Of a DNA stretch of 64,000 bases, positions 12,175 to 24,057 are shown piece by piece (positions within the stretch are counted from its first letter, which is position 1; every line of letters begins with the position of its first letter). The notes beneath the pieces were generated by a model. The model did no database searches and had not been told where the DNA came from. It was given only the letters and a program-made list of their open reading frames with translations. Made by a program: the position numbers and the translations under genes. Source of the DNA: Octopus vulgaris. Its lineage: Eukaryota. Where the stretch lies: contig OX597833.1 in assembly GCA_951406725.2 (NCBI GenBank), positions 47,926,001-47,990,000 of the forward strand, in the 5' to 3' direction.

Positions 12175-12907
12175 TTATGTTGTTTTTTGTTAAGTGTGAT
12201 TTTTATTCTATTGCTTTTTTTTTTTACCGAACTGCTAAGTTATGGGGCTGTAAACACACCAATACTAGTTGTCAAACAGTGGTGGGGGACAAACACAGAC
12301 ACAGAGACACACACATCGATATATGCGCTTACTGTAGTTGTGGCCAATGCCAGTGTCACGTAACTGGTACCCGTGCCAGTGGCATGTAAAACAAAGCCAT
12401 TACACTCTTGGAGTCATTGGCATTAGGAAGGACATCCAGCCATAGAAAAACCATGCCAAATCAGATTGGAACCTGGTGCAATTCTCCAATTTACCACTTT
12501 CAGTCAAACTAACCCATGCCAGCGTGGAAAGCAGAAGCTAAATGATGATGATGATGATGATGATGATGATCCCAATTAAATTACTTAGTGGTTCAGCAAA
12601 AGAGACTGCTAGAATATGTACCAGACTTAAAATAACTCAATAGGGTCAATCTGCTTGAGTAAAACCCTCCAAGGCAGTAACCCCCAGCATAGCTGCAGTC
12701 CAATGATTAAAACAAGTGAAAGATAGGATATATTTAATAGCTACAAGGACTTGATTAGAAGTTAACGAGTTTATTATTGAATTAGATAACTGCTTTATTT
12801 ACATTTGATTAATTTAGTTTTCAACTGTTCTATACATTTTTGTTTTCTCCAAAAGTACTCTGGATTTCCATATTCATAAATATCACACTTATGAAATCTG
12901 ATTTAGA

Positions 12908-13342
12908 TCAACATCAAATAAAAATCAAATGGAAATTGTAGTAGTGATACCTGTGCCGGTGGCACGTAAAAAGCACCATCCAAACGTGGCCAATGTCAGC
13001 ACCACATTGACTGGCTTCTGTGCCGGTGGCACGTAAAAAGCACCATCCAAACATGGCCAATGCCAGCACCACCTTGACTGGCTTCTGTGCCTGTGGCACG
13101 TAAAAAGCACCAACCGATCTCGGCTGTTGCCAGCCTCCCCTGGCACCTGTGCCAGTGGCACGTAAAAAGCACCCACTACACTCACTGAGTGGTTGGCATT
13201 AGCAAGGGCATCCAGTTGTAGAAACACTGCCCGATCAGACTGGAGCTTGGTGCAGCCTCCTGGCTTCCCAGACCTCGGTCGAACCGTTCAACCCATGCTA
13301 GCATGGAAAACGGATGTTAAACGATGATGATGATGATGATGA
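12908..13342 (+). mobile_element. RTE 3'-UTR-derived repeat with GTGCCGGTGGCAC modules and (GAT)n tail
   Basis: Homologous to 4759-5200 of the RTE copy. Others at about 1730-2017, 2215-2555, 13786-14100, 14535-15115, 15258-15486, 25125-25417, 46119-46360(-), 49388-49693 and 52050-52355(-). Confidence 0.8.
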
Positions 13343-13422
13343 AGATTTGATTGACATTTTGTTTTAAATTATTTTGCTCTAATAGTATTCTTCATTTTCT
13401 TTTTCTTTTTTTTTTACTCTAG

Positions 13423-13443
13423 TCACTGAAGAAAGATAAAGAG
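13423..13443 (+). CDS. DIXDC1: DIXDC1 candidate 21-nt microexon, copy A (SLKKDKE)
   Basis: Long poly-T tract, ctag acceptor, strong GAG|gtgagt donor, phase 0-0, no stop. Confidence 0.6.
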
Positions 13444-15194
13444 GTGAGTCTAGCATTATTTGTTTACTTTTTAATGCGTGGAGATGGGGTGGGGTGGTGG
13501 TTGGATGTGTGTCAGTAATGTCTGCCATGACACTGATGCCAAACCATATCAGACCAAAAGCAGTGGCTGATGATGTCCTTTAGACACTATCAGTGGCACA
13601 AAGAGGGAAAATTTGCATCCATGAGCAATTACTTGTCTTCTACAACTAATAAAAAAAACTTTCCTAGGTCAACCCTGGTGTACGTGTGTATGTACACTCA
13701 CACACACACAATTAGGCTTTGTCTAATTGGTTTCTCGTCATTACCTTCCAATCACACATATTTGATGTTAGGTTAAATTATTTATGTTGTCGCCTTACTG
13801 GCACTTGTGCTGGTGGCACATGAAAAAAACATTCAAGCGAGGTTGTTGCCAGTGCCGCTGGACTGGCTCCTGTGCAGGTGGCACATTAAAAGCACCACTT
13901 GAGCGTGGCCGTTGCCAGTACCGCCTGACTGGCACGTGAAAGCACCCACTACACTCTTGGAGTGGTTGGCGTTAGGAAGGACATCCACCTGTAGAAACTC
14001 TGCCAGATCAGATTGGAGTCTGGTGCAACCATCTGGTTTGCTAGACCTCCGTCAAATCATCCAACCTATGCTAGCATGGAAGGCGGACATTAAACGATGA
14101 ACTTGACACTTCAACTTAACAATTCAAGTGTGAAGTGAAAGCAATGATTATTTTCAGCTAGGCTGATGAATAATATGTTTTGTCTTTGAACATAGCCAGT
14201 TTTAGGCCCTGTACTCATTACCATCCTAATCTAAATTAAAATCATCCATCAAAATTTCATGTTAATTATGTTCTATACACCAGCTTGATAATCCTTTCTT
14301 CTGTAGGCACAAGGCCTGAAATTTGAGGGGAGGGATTAAATTAATTACATCGAACTCAGTGCATGACTGGTACTTATTTTATTGATCCCCAAAGGGTGAA
14401 AGGTAATGTTGACCTTGGCGGAATTTGAACTCAGAACGTAGCGACAAGCAAAATACCGCTAAGCATTTTGCCCAGCGTGCTAACAATTCTACCAATAATG
14501 GCAAAGTTATTTTAATGAATTCTTCATCATTTCGAAATCGAACCAAATCCGACGACTGGCACCCATGCCAACCTCCCTTCATTGGACACTAAACTCTGCT
14601 TGCGAAGTCCTGTTGGGGCAAGTGAAATCCAAATTGAACCAAATTCGATGACTGGCACCCGGTCGTTGCCAGTGCCACTGGACTGACTCCTGTGCGGGTG
14701 GCAAGTAAAGAAACACCGTTTTGACCTTGTGCTTGAGGAGACTTATTGAGTCAAGTACATCAACATCAAAAATCAAACGGAAATTGTAGTTGTGATACCT
14801 GTGCCGGTGGCATGTAAAAAGCACTATCCGAACGTGGCCGATGCCAGCGTTGCCTTGACTGGCTTCTGTGCCAGTGGCATGTAAAAAGCATTGACCAATC
14901 ATGGCTGTTGCCAGCCTCACCTGGCACCTGTACCAGTGGCACATAAAAAGCACCCACAACACTCACGGAGTTGTTGGCGTTAGGAAGGGCATCCAGCTGT
15001 AGAAACATTGCCAGATCAGACTGGAGCCTGGTGCAGCCTTCTGGCTTCCCAGACTCTGGTCGAACCATCCAACCCATGCTAGCATGGAAAACAAACGTTA
15101 AACGATGATGATGATTTGATTGACATTTTGTTTTAAATTATTTTGCTTTAATAGTATTCTTCATAATTTTTTTTCTGTTTTTTTTTTACTCTAG

Positions 15195-15215
15195 TCAATG
15201 AAGAAAGATAAAGAG
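15195..15215 (+). CDS. DIXDC1: DIXDC1 candidate 21-nt microexon, copy B (SMKKDKE)
   Basis: Near-identical duplicate of 13423-13443 with the same acceptor and donor. Confidence 0.6.
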
Positions 15216-15944
15216 GTGAGTCTAGCATTATTTGTTGACTTTTTAATGTGTGGAGATGAGCGAGGTCATTGCCAGTACTGCCTGACCGTCCCCCATGCCA
15301 GTGGCATGTAAAAAGCACCCATTACACTCTCAGAGTGGTTGGCATTAGGAAGAGCATCCAGCTGTAGAACTCTGCCAGATCAAGATTGGAGCCTGGTGCA
15401 GCCATCTGGTTCGCCAGCCCTCAGTCAAAATCGTCCAACCCATGCTAGCATGGAAAGCGGACGTTAAACGATGATGATGATGATGAATTGAAACAAATGC
15501 TGCATTTCAATAGAAATTTAGTAGCAAAAGGATTAAAGTAATCTTAAGTTAAAATCTTCCATTGAAATTACACGTTAATTTATATTTCCAAACACCAACT
15601 TAATTATGGCAAAATTATTTTACTGAATTCTTCATTATTTTCAAATTTAATTGAAAGGGATGCTGTATTTCAAAAGAAATATAGTAACAAAAGGATTAAA
15701 GTAATCTTAAGTTAAAATCTTCCCTCGAAATGACATGTTAATTTATGTTCCAAACACCATCTTAATAATAGCAAAGTTATTTTACTACATTATTTTCAAA
15801 ATTAAATGTAATAAAGTTTGTAAATTTCAATAGATATATTGTATCAAGAGTGTTAAAGCAATCTAAATTAAAATCTTCCATCAAAATTTCGTGTTAATTT
15901 ATCTTCTGAAAATCAGCTTAATTATGACAAAGTTAATTTACTAA

Positions 15945-16283
15945 TTACGGAGATGTATTTGCATAGCAAGTGATCTGATCTGAGATCGTGTGCTGGAACG
16001 AAAACAATTGCAGTGTGGAAGATGTTTATAAGCCATTTAAGAAACACACTTTAGATTCACTTCATCATTTAAATTTAATTTGCCAAAATATTTTCGTCAC
16101 TTTGAGACAGCAACCTGTTCGCTGACAAAATTTCATGCAGCATGGAATTTTGTCAGTGAACAAGTCATAGTCTCAAAGCGATGAAAATATTTTGGCAAAT
16201 TAAATTTAAATGTCGAAGTGAATCTAATGGTTTTTGTGTGTTTCTTAAATGGCTTATAAACACCTTCCACACTGCAATTGTTT
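15945..16283. mobile_element. Fold-back (inverted-repeat) element, Penelope-like by architecture
   Basis: Arms of about 140 bp (16002-16283) centred near 16140; TSD-like aatttactaa / aatttattaa; same family at 34593-34886. Confidence 0.6.
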
Positions 16284-16633
16284 AATTTATTAAATTCTTC
16301 ATTATTTTTAAGATTATTTGAAAAAGGCAGTGTATTTCAATAGAAATGAGGAAACAAAAGGATCTAGTTATTGTCAACTACATTATCTTGGCATTTTATA
16401 TTATATGATTTGCTTAATAATTGGAGACTGACGTATTACCAGCTTGCAATAGATATAGTAAATATCTAGGCGTAGGAGTGGCTGTGTGGTAAGTAGCTTG
16501 CTTATGAACCACATGGTTCCGGGTTCAGTCCCACTGCATGGCACCTTGGGCAAGTGTCTTTTATTATAGCCTCAGGCTGACCAAAGCCTTGTGAGTGGAT
16601 TTGGTAGATGGAAACTGAAAGAAGCCTGTCATA

Positions 16634-16664
<31 letters not shown>

Positions 16665-16892
16665 GTGTGTGTATATGTTTATGTGTCTGTGTTTGTGCCC
16701 CCCAACATGATAATAATTATCATGATAATGATGACAATGACATTGCTGTTGTCATTCTAATTATTCTGTCTAGACATCCCGTCACTCTAAAAGTTTCATT
16801 GGTGAGAAAAAAAAAAAACACTTTCATTTAAACCAGACCAAACACTTACATTAGTTTATTTTCAATAATTAATTTTAAATACCTAATTTCAG

Positions 16893-17057
16893 GATTCTGT
16901 GGTTGATGTTCAAGTGATTCAGGAATCTATAGAAAAACTCCGGTTGTCTTTTAATGACAATGACCAAGAAAAGTTATCATCTTTGGATCAAGTTGAACAA
17001 AATGTCATTACATTTATTGAGAAGATGCATTATGGTAGTATTGATATCCTGCCTCAG
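16893..17057 (+). CDS. DIXDC1: DIXDC1 coding exon (DSVVDVQVIQESIEKLRLSF...EQNVITFIEKMHYGSIDILPQ)
   Basis: tttcag acceptor, gttagt donor, 165 nt; resembles DLQLVRDALRSLRNSF...LEQGISSLMERLH. Confidence 0.9.
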
Positions 17058-17169
17058 GTTAGTATTTTCCTTATAATGTATATGCGCGCGTGTGTATTGT
17101 ATTGTATATTTTAATGTATTTTGATGATGTGTGTATGTTTTGTATTTTGATGTATGGATGTAATTGAAT

Positions 17170-17375
17170 AATGAAATGAGAATGGCTGGACACATAGTAA
17201 GACTGCCAGAGGAGAGGCTTGCCAAAACAGCCATGGGCTGAATGCTGCTGGAAGGTTAGAGAAAAAGAGGCCAGCCAAGGAAGACATAGTGTAGTTCCTT
17301 CAAAGAAGACCTATGCAGACTGAACATCCCCTGGGAAGAAGCATACTGGTTGGCTAAAGACAGAAATAATTGGTG
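17170..17375 (+). mobile_element. Degenerate RTE-type LINE C-terminal fragment
   Basis: Reads RMAGHIVRLPEERLAKTAM..RKRGQPRKT with stops. Confidence 0.65.
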
Positions 17376-18125
17376 ATCACTAATTCTTTGTGTTTGTATG
17401 CAACAAGAAGTAAAAGATATCCAGGCAGATATCTAGAAAGCACTCAGTATTAAGTGAACTTGGTTAACTATATCAAACAATTAGATATCAGTAAATTCAA
17501 TCAAGTACACACTGTAGCTCTGGGCCAACCGAAAACATATATACGATAGCTCTGGGCTGGCCAAAACCTTGTGAATAGATTTGTTGGACAGGAACTTGAA
17601 GAAGCCTATTGCACACATATGTATGTATGTAAGTATGTATGTATGTACATAGGTACGTATGAACGAATGTGTGTGTGTGTATGTGTGTGTTTGTATCTCC
17701 TTGTCTTGACATTACATGATAATTGTAGATGAGTCGCTGTCATACAAGTAATATCATTCGTATCTAATATTCTACAAGAACATATCTGGCCATGGAGAAA
17801 TATTGGGTTGTCCGGAAAGTTCGTGCTGATTTATAGTAGCTTACCTTTTGACTTACCCTCCCAGGAACCTCAATTCTGGGAAGAGGGTATTTTCAAGTTA
17901 AAGGAAAGATGGAGAAGCATTGTGGTTGAGAATGATGATAATGGTGGTGGTGGTTGAGAATGATGATGATGATGGTGGTGGTTGAGAATAATTTCAAACA
18001 TTTTGCATATAAGCCAAACAATCTAAGCGTTCCTTCTTCTTCTCCTCCTCCTCCTCCTTCTTCTTCTTCATTTTTTTTTTTACATTGATATTTAGATGTT
18101 TAATATACCCTTATTCCTTTTCCAG

Positions 18126-18177
18126 TCTCCAACACTGAAGTTGAGCAGGCCAGTTCTGCCAAGCCGTTTTAAAGAAG
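18126..18177 (+). CDS. DIXDC1: DIXDC1 coding exon (SPTLKLSRPVLPSRFKE)
   Basis: tttccag acceptor, G|gtaatt donor; phase 0-1, which is needed to reach the phase-1 DIX exon. Confidence 0.78.
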
Positions 18178-18500
18178 GTAATTAGTCATGATCCTTTTTT
18201 TCTTTACCAAACTATAATTAATTAACGAGCAAGTAGTAGACAGTGCTTCTAAGACTTCATGTCTGATGACATAGATGTAACTGTAAATTTGTTGGAATAT
18301 TCAACAGAAACAAGGGTTTTTTTTTTCTCATTTATTATTCGCCCCAGCATGGCCGCGGCCTTCGGGCTTAAACATTTTTAAGGATTTAAGGATTTATACT
18401 AAAGTGGTGAGCTGGCAGAATCATTAGCATGCTGGACGAAATGCTTATTGGCTATTCATTTGTCTTTACATTCTGTGTTCAAATTCCACCAAGGTTGACT

Positions 18501-18805
18501 GATGGTTGTTCCTTCTCAAGCCATGCCTGGGTCATAAGGGCCAGTTTCCCGGTTTCTTGGCATTTAGGTTCCCTACCTGGACAGGACGCTGGTCCGTCGC
18601 AGGTGAGCTGCAAGATGCAGGAGGAAAGAGTGAGAGAAAGTTGTGGCGAAAGACTCAGCAGAAGTTTCGCCATTACCTTCTGCCGGAGCTGTGTGGAGCT
18701 TAGGTGTTTCACTCATAAATACGCACATCGCCCGGTCTGAGATTCGAACCCGTGATCCCTCGACCGCGAGTCCACTGTTCTAACAACTAGGCCATGTGCC
18801 TCCAC
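18501..18805 (-). mobile_element. tRNA(Arg)-like SINE family 3 nested in a family 2 SINE
   Basis: Minus-strand head with A/B boxes (tggcctagttg, ggttcgaatct); 10-bp TSD aaggttgact at 18491-18500 and 18806-18815; related copy at about 55352-55650. Confidence 0.8.
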
Positions 18806-19791
18806 AAGGTTGACTTAACCTTTCATCCTTTTGGGGTCGATAAAATAAGTACCAGTTGAGCACTGGGGTCAATCTAAGTGACTTAAACACCCTCCCCGAA
18901 ATTGCTGGCCTTGCACCAAAATTTGAAACCAATGTTTGTTATCAATATTCACCGGATAATTAAAGACACTGTTTAATTATTTCTAAATATTAGAGGATTC
19001 TAGTATAGAAATGTTTTATTTTATCTTGACTGCAGAGAATTTTTCACATTTTCTTCATATCCATGAAAAATACTTTAACTCCACCTGCCTTTTTTTTTTT
19101 CATATTTATTAAGAGGTTTCAGAGCTATTTTTCTCTTTTAGTTGATTTTATTTTTTATATACTGGTTTCTAGATAATGATATTTATGTTAAGGTGGGTAG
19201 CTGGCAGAATTGTTAATACACTGGGCAAAATATTTAGTGGCATTTCATCCATCTTTATGTTCTGAGTTCAAATTCCACCAAGGTCAACTTTACCTTTCAT
19301 CCTTTCAGGGTCGATAAAATAAGTACCAGTTGTGTGCTGGGGGTCAATGTAATTAACTTATCCTTTCGCCACAAATTCCTGGCCTTATGCCAACATTTGA
19401 AATCAGTATTTCCATTTACGTTGCTTAACCAAATTACTTAATTCTAACTATATGATAATATCTATTGAAGAGAATTTGAGAATATTTTGGCTGTGAGTTA
19501 GCAGAATCACTACTTCACAAGACAAAATGCTTCATAGCATTTCTTCTGGCTCTTTGCATTCTCAGTTCAAATGCCACCAAAGTTAATTTTGCTTTTCATC
19601 CTTTCGGGATCAATACAATATGGTACCAGTTGATTACCGGGGTTGATATAATCAACATCTTTACCTCTCAAATTTACTGGTCTTGTGCCAAAATTAGAAA
19701 GAAACATTAATCCTGGGGAATGTTATTTTATTATTATAATAGGATTTCTGGGTTTTTTTGGGGTTTTTTTTTTGCTGAACTTTTGCAGAAC

Positions 19792-20113
19792 TTAGTCTTT
19801 TGTACTAGGGATATACTTCCTCTCAAGCTAATAATTCTTGTCCCACGAAACCTTGGAAGGAATGTGCATTGCAATAAGACCAGAACCTTACTTTCATCTT
19901 CATTAAAAACAACACACTTGCAAATATTAAGTTATTAAGTGTATTTCAATATTATTAGTCTTTTGTACTAGGGATATATTTCCTCTCAAGTTAATAATTC
20001 TTGTCCCACGAAACCTTTAAAGGAATATGCATTCCAATAAGACCTTACTTTCATCTTCATTAAAAACAACACACTTGCATATATTAAGTTATTAAGTGTA
20101 TTTCAATATTATT
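19792..20113. repeat. Tandem duplication, unit about 163 bp, two copies
   Basis: ttagtcttttgtactagggatata starts at 19792 and 19955. Confidence 0.9.
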
Positions 20114-20237
20114 CCGATTTGAATAATAATTAATCTATTAAATGATCGATTAAATATTTGATAATTGATAATTTTAGAAAACCGAAATTAATCTGGTTTT
20201 CTACTGAGTTTTAGACAACGTAATTTTTCATTTTTAG

Positions 20238-20288
20238 ATGCACAACAAGGGAATTATTTGACTTCAACTATCACGGCAACAAATTCAG
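20238..20288 (+). CDS. DIXDC1: DIXDC1 probable 51-nt symmetric exon (DAQQGNYLTSTITATNS)
   Basis: tttttag acceptor, CAG|gttcaa (weak) donor, phase 1-1, open frame. Confidence 0.55.
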
Positions 20289-21141
20289 GTTCAATTTGAC
20301 CTCTCTCTCTCTTTCTCTGTCTTTATTTCTCTGTTTGTATCTCTCTCTCCCTTGCTTCCTTTCTATCATTTAGAGAAGCAAAACTGTTAATGTACCAAAC
20401 TAGCAACAACAGAATAACTGCTATTTGCAGAAAGTATTGTTTCTTTTATGCTTGTGCCTTAGTGTAATTAGAAACTTTCGGAAGAGGACCAGCTTTCAGT
20501 AGAGTTGATCTGGACGTTTAAGGATTACGCAACGAGAATAGGAATAAAGAAGTATCGTTAGTTGATTTTTTTTGGATAATCGCTTATGTAGAATTAGCTG
20601 TAATTGGAATGAAGTTGTTAAAATTGATGTAAATAATTGTTTTTGTGGCTGTGTTTAAGATGCTTGATTCCCAGCATCTTGGTTTTGGGTTCAGTCTCAC
20701 TGCATGGCACCTTGGTCAAGTGTCTTCTATTATAGCCCCAGGCTAACTAAAGCCTTATGAGTGGTAGACAAAAACTGAAAGAACAACAGTTTTTGTTGTG
20801 ATTTTCTGCACTCTGAGTTCAATTCATACCAAGGTCAGCTTTGTTTTTCATCCTTTTGAGTTTATTAAAAAAAAATAACTTCCAATCTGGAATGATGAAT
20901 TGGTGGAACTTTTAGAATGTTCGACCAAATGCTTTGAGGCATTTGTTCTGGCGTTTTATGTCCTGAGTTCAAATTCTTCCATGGCCTGCTTGGATAGTAG
21001 ACTCAACATGTGTGTGTTTATATAAGTATGTGGAGTTAGTGTCTCCTTGTCTTAAGATTGTGTGGTTTCTTTAAATGAGTGCCATTGTCATACAGTTGGT
21101 GTCCTTTGTCATCAATTTTCCATGAAAATATGTCCGAAAAT

Positions 21142-21547
21142 AGGCGTAAGAGTGGCTGTGTGGTAAGTAGCTTGCTTACAAACCACATGTTTCCGGGTTC
21201 AGTCCCACTGCATGGCACCTTGGGCAAGTATCTTCTATTATAGCCTCGAGCTGATCAAAGCTTTGTGAGTGGATTTGGTAGACGGAAACTGAAAAGAAGC
21301 CCGTCGTATATATGTATATATATATGTGTGTGTGCGTGTATATGTTTGTGTGTCTGTGGTTGTGGCTCCAACATCGTTTGACAACCGATACTGGTGTGTT
21401 TACATCCCCGTAAATTAGCGGTTTGGCAAAAGAGACCGATAGAATAAGTACTAGGCTTACAAAGAATAAGTCCTGGGGTCGATTTGCTCGACTAAAGGCA
21501 GTGCTCCAGCATGGCCACAGTCACATGACTGAAACAAGTAAAAGAGT
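21142..21547 (+). mobile_element. SINE family 1
   Basis: Matches family consensus. Confidence 0.85.
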
Positions 21548-23599
21548 ATCCCTGAGGAAATATTACCGTACTTGGAAACAAGTGAGGGTTGGCAACAGGA
21601 AAGGCATCTGAATGTAGAAAATTTGGCTAGTTTGGGAACTTTGTGTTGAAAAGCCATACATAGTTCCTCTAAAATGTATAGTTTTGTACTGATGTTAAAA
21701 TCATCATTATTAGAAGCCTTCTCATAGCTCCATAATTTCTAACCCAAAGCACATCCTAGGCTTTTTTTTCTTGCTTTAAGAAACTAATCTGTAACATAAC
21801 AACACTTATATAATAACATTCCCAGTAAGCAGCCAATGCTCACACTTGCAGTTACTACATCACAGCATGATACTAAATTCATTTAGTCTCTGCTGTGTAA
21901 AGTCTACTTTGCTTGTTTTTCCTGCCAGTTTCCAGTCTCATGGTAGCTTATTCTGTCTTTTCTAACTGCACTGCTTACTTTATTTCTCTTTCCTTTCGTT
22001 TGTTGCATCTTTTGTCAAAATTTTTTTTAAAATGCAAGTCCTTTTAACTGAAGTGCAGTAGTGGTATTTGTAGTAGAGTTGTAGAAGTATTTTGTATTTG
22101 GAGTGGTGTTGTATTAGTGATGAGAAATATAGTAGCATTAGTACTTGTAGAAACATCGATGTATTACTAATTTTTCTTCAGTATGTGATATGTTAATTAT
22201 AATTTCTTTACCACCCACAAGGGGCTAAACACAGAGAGGACAAACTAGGACAGACAAACGGATTAAGTCGATTATATCGACCCCCAGTGCTTAACTGGTA
22301 CTTATTTAATCGACCCCAAAAGGATGAAAGGCAAAGTCGACCTCGGCGGAATTTGAACTCTGAACGTACCAGCAGACGAAATACGGATATGCATTTCGCC
22401 CGGTGTACTAACGTTTCTGCCAGCTCGCCGCTTTAGTGATATGTTAATTATAGTCACAAGAAAATTAAAATTGATAACAGATGTAAAAATAACTGGCAGT
22501 TGTTAGAGCAGACATGGGCAACCTTTGTTGTGAAGTAGCTTGCATGAAACATAGATGACTACTAAAATAATTTGAGGTAATGATGCGCCGTTGAGGAAAT
22601 CCTACAGGCTGCAGGTTGCCCATGACTGTGTTTGAATGTTGGATGAAATGCCTTTCAGTATTTGTTGTGATTTTCTGCACTCTGAGTTCAATTCATACCA
22701 AGGTCAGCTTTGTTTTTTCATCCTTTTGAGTTTGACAAAAAAAAAACTTCCAGTCTGGAATGATGAATTGGTGGAACTTTTAGAATGTTAGACCAAATGC
22801 TTTGAGGCATTTGTTCTGGCGTTTTATGTTCTGAGTTCAAATCCTTCCATGGCCTGCTTGGATAGTAGACCTAATCTATCCCCTGGTTTAATGCCACCAC
22901 TTGGCTTGTTCTTTGATTCCTTCCTCTCTTCTTCTCACCAACCTGAGAAGCCCTGTAAAAGCCATAGACACTACCTTCCCTTCTAATTATAAACCCCATC
23001 CATTCTTGTATGGTTAAGAAGCTTGCTTCCAAACTCTGTGGTGTTGGGTTCAGTACCACTGTGCGACACCTTCAGCAAATTTACTACAGCCCTAGGTGGG
23101 TGAAAGTCTTGTGAATAGATTTGGTTGATGGAAACTGAAAGAAGCCCATTATATATGTATGTATGTTTGTGTGTACTCTTATCTTGACATCATATGATGG
23201 TTAAAAATGGGCATCATGTCATAGAAGTAATGTTGTTCATATCCAGTCATCAGTGAAAACATGTTTGGACATGAGGAATTATTACCTTGTTTGGAAACAG
23301 GTGAGGGTTGGCAACCAAAAGGGCATCTGGCCATAGAAAATCTGCCTCAACAAATTCCATGCAAGATTGGAAAAATGGACGTTTTATGATGATGATGATG
23401 ATGGTGATGATGATAGCTTAATCCAATCCAACTAAAATTGTAAGAACTGTTTTAAGAAATTATCGAGTGTTTACCTGTGTCTTTGAAGGTTTCTTTTAAT
23501 GTAAGCAACTCTCTGCTAGCACTTTCAATTAATTTACTAGTTGTAGAGTCACTGAAAAATCACATTCAAACATTTACATATCTTTGATTTACTTTGCAG

Positions 23600-23681
23600 C
23601 TTCTATAAAGCAACTAGAAACTAAAGTGCTTTATTATTTGGATAATTCAGAAACATCACATATGATAGCAATTCCAAAAAG
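23600..23681 (+). CDS. DIXDC1: DIXDC1 DIX domain exon 1 (ASIKQLETKVLYYLDNSETSHMIAIPK)
   Basis: ttgcag acceptor, gtgaag donor; TKVLY and IPKR DIX motifs. Confidence 0.93.
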
Positions 23682-24057
23682 GTGAAGTATTCAGTCTCAT
23701 TTCTTCAATATTCAAACTTGATTTTTTTTTTAAAGTAATTACCATATTTGTTGGCATAAAAGACACCTAAGCATATCAGATACGCCCCAATTTCAGCAGC
23801 GCATATTCAGGAATAAAAAAAGTTTTTTGTATATTAAAGCTTGTCACATAGGCCTGACTTCACATATAGAACCAGGGTTGAGTGTTTTGAGAAGTTTGGT
23901 ATGTGGGGGGGGGGATAAATACATCTTTGTTTTTGTATTGTGTTTGCAAGATTCTTTATGTGAATTCGTGTGTTGAAACAAATTTTGTTGTGTCTAGGGA
24001 GAGTCATTATGCCAATATAATTAACACACACATACATTGGTTCAATTCTACTCATTA

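Noticed and set aside
12950-13175. CRISPR-like repeat-spacer pattern (GTGCCGGTGGCACGTAAAAAGCACC)
   Set aside because: Eukaryotic context, spacers resemble each other, no cas genes, and the block is the RTE 3' UTR.
18262-18312. CTGATGA...GAAAC hammerhead candidate
   Set aside because: No stem II directly after the core and no stem I or III pairing.
18730-18805. tRNA gene
   Set aside because: It is the tRNA-like head of a SINE with body and TSD; no complete cloverleaf.
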